From contig NZ_CP065936.1 of assembly GCF_003367075.2 (NCBI RefSeq), positions 480,001 to 512,000 of the forward strand: DNA of 32,000 bases, given 5' to 3'. Below, piece after piece: positions 27,682-32,000 of the stretch. A program made the position numbers and the translations under genes. The notes beneath the pieces are model-generated. The model was not told the origin of the DNA. It ran no database searches and saw nothing but the letters and a program-made list of their open reading frames with translations. How positions within the stretch are numbered: the first letter of the stretch is position 1; the number at the start of each line of letters is the position of its first letter. The DNA comes from Cylindrospermopsis raciborskii Cr2010 (lineage in GTDB: Bacteria > Cyanobacteriota > Cyanobacteriia > Cyanobacteriales > Nostocaceae).

Positions 27682-29037
27682 ATGTTAATCACTTGGCAAC
27701 CGGGACAGTCAATCGTTAATGATAGATTTACCATAGAAGAGGTTCTTGGTGTCGGAGGATTTGGCATTACCTATAAAGCTAAAGACCGTAAAGGTGAACT
27801 ATATGCCATTAAGACCTTAAACCCCACCATACAAAATCGGGTCGATTTTAAAGAGCAACAAGTTAAATTTATCAACGAAGCATTAACAGTAAAGGGCTTT
27901 AGGCATCCCCACATAGTTAAAGTCTATGAAGTTATTCAGGAGGGGGAACTTTTTGCCGTATTAATGGAGTATATAAAAGGAATCCCTCTCTCTAAGTATA
28001 TTGAAGAAAATGGGCAGTTAACTGAAGTATTAGCACTAAAATACATTGACCAAATTAGTCAAGCTCTAGAATGTGTACATAAAGATAACTACTTACATAG
28101 GGATATAAAGCCAGATAATATTTTATTGAGAAATAATTATAAAGATGCGGTGCTAATAGATTTTGGACTAGCAAGAATTATATCTACTCAAAGTATGACC
28201 AACTCATTAACACATGGTTATGCACCAATAGAACAGTATCAAAGAAAAGCTAATTTTGGACCACATACAGATGTGTATGCTTTAGGGGCAACTCTATATT
28301 ACGTATTAACGGCTAACGGATTACGGTTAAAGGGGGAATCATCACCAGTCCCAGCAGTAAATCGCAAATATGATGAAGAGGAACTACCAGAACCTAAAAG
28401 TTACAATCCTAGTATTAGCAAGAAAGTGAATGATGCCATAATAGCTGCAATGGCTATAAATCCTGAGCAGAGAACGAAAAATATAGAAGAATTTAGAAAA
28501 GACTTGGGTTTGATAGAATCTAAATCATTACCAAAAGAGGAAGTTCTAACGGTAAAACAACCAGAACCACAGAAAAAAGAACCAATAAAGGCAGAAAAAT
28601 CTGTTGAATCAGAGGTGATCCCTAGGAGGTACACAAAATTAGAAACCCTATTAAAAGCTCAAAACTTTAGAGAAGCAGATGAAGAAACAGCCAGAGTAAT
28701 GTTAGCAGTAGCTAACAGACAAAGCGAGGGTTGGTTGAGAATAGAAGATGCAGAAAATTTTCCCTGTCAAGAATTGCGCACCATTGATAATTTGTGGTTA
28801 AAATATAGTCAGGGTAAATTTGGTATATCTGTCCAACAAGAAATATACAAAAACCTGGGGGGAACAAAATCTAGTAATGAACGTGAATTATGGAGATCCT
28901 TTGAATCCTTCGGAGACAGGGTGGGATGGAGAAAACAAGGTTCATGGCTCGATTACAAAGATTTAAACTTTTCATTATCCGCACCAACGGGTCACCTCTG
29001 GTCACCTATTCACCTTTATTCACCTTGGGGTGGGTAG
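27682..29037 (+). CDS. Serine/threonine protein kinase with C-terminal GUN4 domain
   Basis: RFTIEEVLGVGGFGITYKAKDRKGELYAIKTL...YLHRDIKPDNILLRNNYKDAVLIDFGLARI...THGYAPIEQY, then the GUN4 domain. In-frame stop inside the variable tail. Confidence 0.95.
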   Translation: MLITWQPGQSIVNDRFTIEEVLGVGGFGITYKAKDRKGELYAIKTLNPTIQNRVDFKEQQVKFINEALTVKGFRHPHIVKVYEVIQEGELFAVLMEYIKGIPLSKYIEENGQLTEVLALKYIDQISQALECVHKDNYLHRDIKPDNILLRNNYKDAVLIDFGLARIISTQSMTNSLTHGYAPIEQYQRKANFGPHTDVYALGATLYYVLTANGLRLKGESSPVPAVNRKYDEEELPEPKSYNPSISKKVNDAIIAAMAINPEQRTKNIEEFRKDLGLIESKSLPKEEVLTVKQPEPQKKEPIKAEKSVESEVIPRRYTKLETLLKAQNFREADEETARVMLAVANRQSEGWLRIEDAENFPCQELRTIDNLWLKYSQGKFGISVQQEIYKNLGGTKSSNERELWRSFESFGDRVGWRKQGSWLDYKDLNFSLSAPTGHLWSPIHLYSPWGG

Positions 29038-29985
29038 TTTGGAGTTTTTGTTTGGAGTGGTTGGTGTATAGATTTGGTGGACACTTCCCTCCTGTCAAGA
29101 CATGTAGAGTGTAACCCATAAAGGTTTGATAGTATTGTTAACTTTTGTAAATAACAAGAAATTAACGAAACCTTGCTAGTTCCAGGGTTTCGGATACCTG
29201 GTACTATTTATTTTTAGGATTAGGTGTATAACAATTTGCCTTGACAAATATTGTTGCTGCCTTTATTATTTCCTCATTAGTTATGTCTAACTCATCCCAA
29301 AAAAGCTTTAGCTGTCCTGGTGATGTTCCCTTCTTTTTTTGATTTGGTTTCATCCCCGCCAAAAGTTTACTCCCCCAGCGGTTTTTTTCCACCTTTTTCG
29401 GTTGAGGACGATATTTTTGACAAAATCCTTTATAAATGCTTGCACACTCATCTAAAGTTTTCCCTAATGCTAAAAAGGCTGGATGCCATGTTGTTACCCC
29501 ATCACTACCTAACCTCTCATGTACTCCATAGTTACTAAAATCATAAAACATCCCCTGTTGTATTCCTGCTGCTTTAGGATTGCCGTGTATATATCTCAGC
29601 GTGTTTAATGCCCTTTTCTTATCTGACATGGCAAACCCCGTGCTGTGATACCTTTTTTCCCAAAAATGCCCTGTTCTATTCAGCATCTGATTAAAGCACA
29701 GTGCTGTATACCAATTTAACCAGTGCATAATTTTAGGCAGATCTGAGGGCTGTAATGGTTCTATTAAATAATGTATGTGATTACTCATTAGACATAACCC
29801 ATACATTCTAAAATTATACTTGTCAATTGCTTTTTTTATTGCATAAATCAAGACCTGACGACATTCTAATTTAGTTAGTCTAAATTCCCGATTGTTACAT
29901 CTGATTGTAATGTGATAGCAGTATCCTGCTTCTAATTTTCTTGGTTTTCGACTCATAAAAATTTAAGACTGGGTTATTCTCAATA
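28630..29985. repeat. GUN4-RAYT module, copy 4 of the window
   Basis: See the partner at 25926-27258. Confidence 0.93.
29204..29956 (-). CDS. RAYT (IS200-like Y1), intact copy 2, identical protein to copy 1
   Basis: The ORF track shows the same 250-aa sequence as 26477-27229. Confidence 0.93.
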   Translation of the reverse strand: MSRKPRKLEAGYCYHITIRCNNREFRLTKLECRQVLIYAIKKAIDKYNFRMYGLCLMSNHIHYLIEPLQPSDLPKIMHWLNWYTALCFNQMLNRTGHFWEKRYHSTGFAMSDKKRALNTLRYIHGNPKAAGIQQGMFYDFSNYGVHERLGSDGVTTWHPAFLALGKTLDECASIYKGFCQKYRPQPKKVEKNRWGSKLLAGMKPNQKKKGTSPGQLKLFWDELDITNEEIIKAATIFVKANCYTPNPKNK

Positions 29986-30046
29986 GAGCTGTTGGGAAAT
30001 AAAAGCATATTTCCGGATGACAGAACTTTCCCCATCCCGATTGAAT

Positions 30047-30592
30047 TTATGCTGCATCTAAATAGAAGTTCCATAGCCCTGCACTGACCAACATCAATTG
30101 ATCATCAAAATCGGTCACACGATTCCTATATACAGAATGTACACAGTTATATCTCTTAATTCCAGAGTGAGCGTGCTCACACACAACTCGCTGACGACTG
30201 AGTTCTCGATTCTCCTCCTTTTGCTGCTGTGTTAACTCCTTACCTTTCGGTTTCTTGTGTGGTAAATGGACATTGACAAATTCTTTCTCCAACCCATGAA
30301 AACCCAAATCTCCCTCTATTGCTACTTCATCAGGAATGTATTGCACTATCTCTGATTCATGGAGTAGCCGTTTGTCATGCACTTTACCTGCTCTGGTTTT
30401 CGTCAGAATAATCACTCGTTTCTCCCTTGTGCTGACTGTAATCTGCTTGCATGTATGCCGCTTTTTCTTGCCAGAGTAATACTCTTTTTGGCGTTCTCGG
30501 TTTTGAGGACGCTGGACTGGACGCTCCGTACCATCCACAATCACCTCCTTCACATCTGGAAACCGGCGTTGCATATTTGCGGGATGAATCAA
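30047..30592 (-). pseudogene. IS5/HARBI1-like transposase, C-terminal portion, 5' end replaced by an IS1 element
   Basis: RRFPDVKEVIVDGTERPVQRPQNRERQKEYYSGKKKRHTCKQ...IEGDLGFHGL...CEHAHSGIKRY. The leading MIHPANM comes from IS1 end DNA. Confidence 0.82.
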
Positions 30593-31320
30593 CTAAACGC
30601 GGGTATTACTTCATACTTTAAATAGTGAAGTAATAATTTAATTGAATACCTAAGCATATCTACAGATTTTGAATAGCATAGCGTTTTTCTATGTAGTCGC
30701 GCTAAGTAGTGACGTAAACGTGTATTTTCACCCTCTACCCTAGTCATATATGTTTTGCTCACAATATGATCCTCTGGCTGAATAAAACTCGGATAAACCC
30801 TCCACCCATCAGTAACATAAAAAAAGCATTGCCAGAGTTTAACGATGTCCCACAAAGGTTGAAATGCTTGTGAGCTGTGGTCTCCCACAACCCAAGCCAG
30901 GATATTTTTACGGAAGTGATTTACTGCTGTCCACAACCATATTTTGTTTTTTTTTGATCCCACAAAGGTCTCCAACTCATCAAGCTCACCTACCAAGGGT
31001 GTTTCCTCAACTGGTGGAGCATCTGGAAGTATGGAACCAATTTGTTTTAGCCAGTAAATAATAGTTGTATGATGAACGCCTTTATCGCGTTCAATTGCTC
31101 TAAATCCCATACCGTTAACATAAGAGCGCAGGCAACTTTGTTTAACTTCTTCTGAATAGCCTTTAGGTGGACTATAGACATCGATAAATTGACGACCACA
31201 ATCAACACAAATGTGATTTTGTTTACCTCGACGTTTGCCATTCTTTCTGATTTTGGAAGACCCGCAGTTTGGACAATGCACAGTAGATTACCTCAATTCA
31301 TACCTCTATTATGCAACGCC
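30565..31320 (-). mobile_element. IS1-family insertion sequence, 756 bp
   Basis: Inverted ends ggcgttgcat (30565-30574) and atgcaacgcc (31311-31320) around an intact IS1 transposase. Confidence 0.88.
30589..31281 (-). CDS. IS1-family transposase, intact single ORF
   Basis: 230 aa, CPNCGSSKIRKNGKRRGKQNHICVDCGRQF...ELDELETFVGSKKNKIWLWTAV...TRLRHYLARLHRKTLCYSKS. Confidence 0.93.
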   Translation of the reverse strand: MHCPNCGSSKIRKNGKRRGKQNHICVDCGRQFIDVYSPPKGYSEEVKQSCLRSYVNGMGFRAIERDKGVHHTTIIYWLKQIGSILPDAPPVEETPLVGELDELETFVGSKKNKIWLWTAVNHFRKNILAWVVGDHSSQAFQPLWDIVKLWQCFFYVTDGWRVYPSFIQPEDHIVSKTYMTRVEGENTRLRHYLARLHRKTLCYSKSVDMLRYSIKLLLHYLKYEVIPAFS

Positions 31321-31721
31321 ACAAATCTTTCTACTGCGGATTTAATTCCCCATTGACAGAATGAAGCTAGAATTACTTCTGTATCAGAGTGTCCACGAAA
31401 AGTATGACCTAGCCCAATCAGTTCCTGGCGCAGCTGGGAAAAGTTATAAATTTCACCATTGAATACCAGAATATAGCGACCATCAGATGATGCCATAGGT
31501 TGTTTCCCTAGGGGAGAAAGGTCCACTATGGATAGGCGGCGGTGTGCTAGGGCTATCCCTGCTCTTTTATCTGTCCATGTTCCCCCGTCATCAGGTCCTC
31601 GATGGTAGAGAGGCTTGGACATTTGCTGGGCAATCAACTCCAACTCTTGACTGTTAATTGATTTAGTCCAATAACCAGTAATTCTAATTGATTTAGTCCA
31701 ATAACCAGTAATTCCACACAT
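31321..31721 (-). pseudogene. asnB: Asparagine synthase (glutamine-hydrolysing), N-terminal amidotransferase domain only, truncated by IS1
   Basis: MCGITGYW...PLYHRGPDDGGTW...LAHRRLSIVDLSPLGKQPMASSDGRYILVFNGEIYNFSQLRQEL...HSDTEVILASFCQWG. Confidence 0.88.
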
Positions 31722-31727
31722 GGGGTT

Positions 31728-32000
31728 TTAATATCTTTTTAAAAGTTCTAATACTTTTGGTGCAGTTACTTGAATACAATACTCACGTTCAACCTTTTGC
31801 CGACCAGCTTGTCCCATCTTAAACCTCAGATCTGGATTAGATAACAATTTCTCCAGAGCATCTTCCCACTCTGAAAGAGTGGTTGCTAAAAAACCATTAA
31901 CACCATGCTCGACAATCTGAGTATTCACACCAATAGGGGAGGCGACCACTGGCAATCCACAGGCCATATATTGAATTAACTTGTACCCACACTTGCCGCG
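31728..32000 (-). CDS. Group 1 glycosyltransferase, C-terminal part (runs off the window)
   Basis: YMACGLPVVASPIGVNTQIVEHGVNGFLATTLSEWEDALEKLLSNPDLRFKMGQAGRQKVEREYC. The frame is open to the window edge. Confidence 0.88.
   Translation of the reverse strand, partial: RGKCGYKLIQYMACGLPVVASPIGVNTQIVEHGVNGFLATTLSEWEDALEKLLSNPDLRFKMGQAGRQKVEREYCIQVTAPKVLELLKRY

Noticed and set aside
14119-29037. Diversity-generating retroelement as the explanation for the GUN4 tail variation
   Set aside because: No reverse transcriptase or template repeat is visible. Differences are not restricted to template adenines and include length changes. It remains only a remote option if the RT is outside the window.

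Overview
This 32 kb window is accessory DNA from a filamentous, Nostocales-like cyanobacterium. A Cylindrospermopsis/Raphidiopsis-type host is a guess from style and not proven. A few core genes (psbU, psbA) sit among mobile elements and repeats. Supported content: three Uma2-family genes; a PIN-toxin/HTH-antitoxin pair; several whole or decayed insertion sequences (IS4-, IS5/HARBI1-, IS630- and IS1-like); a NucA-like nuclease ORF; a tyrosine recombinase; a 19-repeat CRISPR array with no cas genes in the window; a vWA protein; and truncated asnB and glycosyltransferase genes at the right edge. Most interesting is a repeated GUN4-RAYT module. The same GUN4 domain is fused to four different N-termini (trypsin-like protease, helical adaptor, secreted/lipoprotein-like, Ser/Thr kinase). 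Each copy is followed by a 79-89 bp segment that differs completely between copies, then a DNA segment conserved at nucleotide level but read in different frames, then an intact or decayed convergent RAYT (IS200-like Y1 transposase) gene. Second, there are decayed relatives of the CRISPR locus: a duplicated leader with two hybrid repeats, and two inverted copies of a two-repeat mini-array sharing one spacer. Third, a 24-nt perfect palindrome family and a REP-like family with compensatory stem changes recur, often at rearrangement junctions. No computation or database search was run. All homology statements come from reading motifs.
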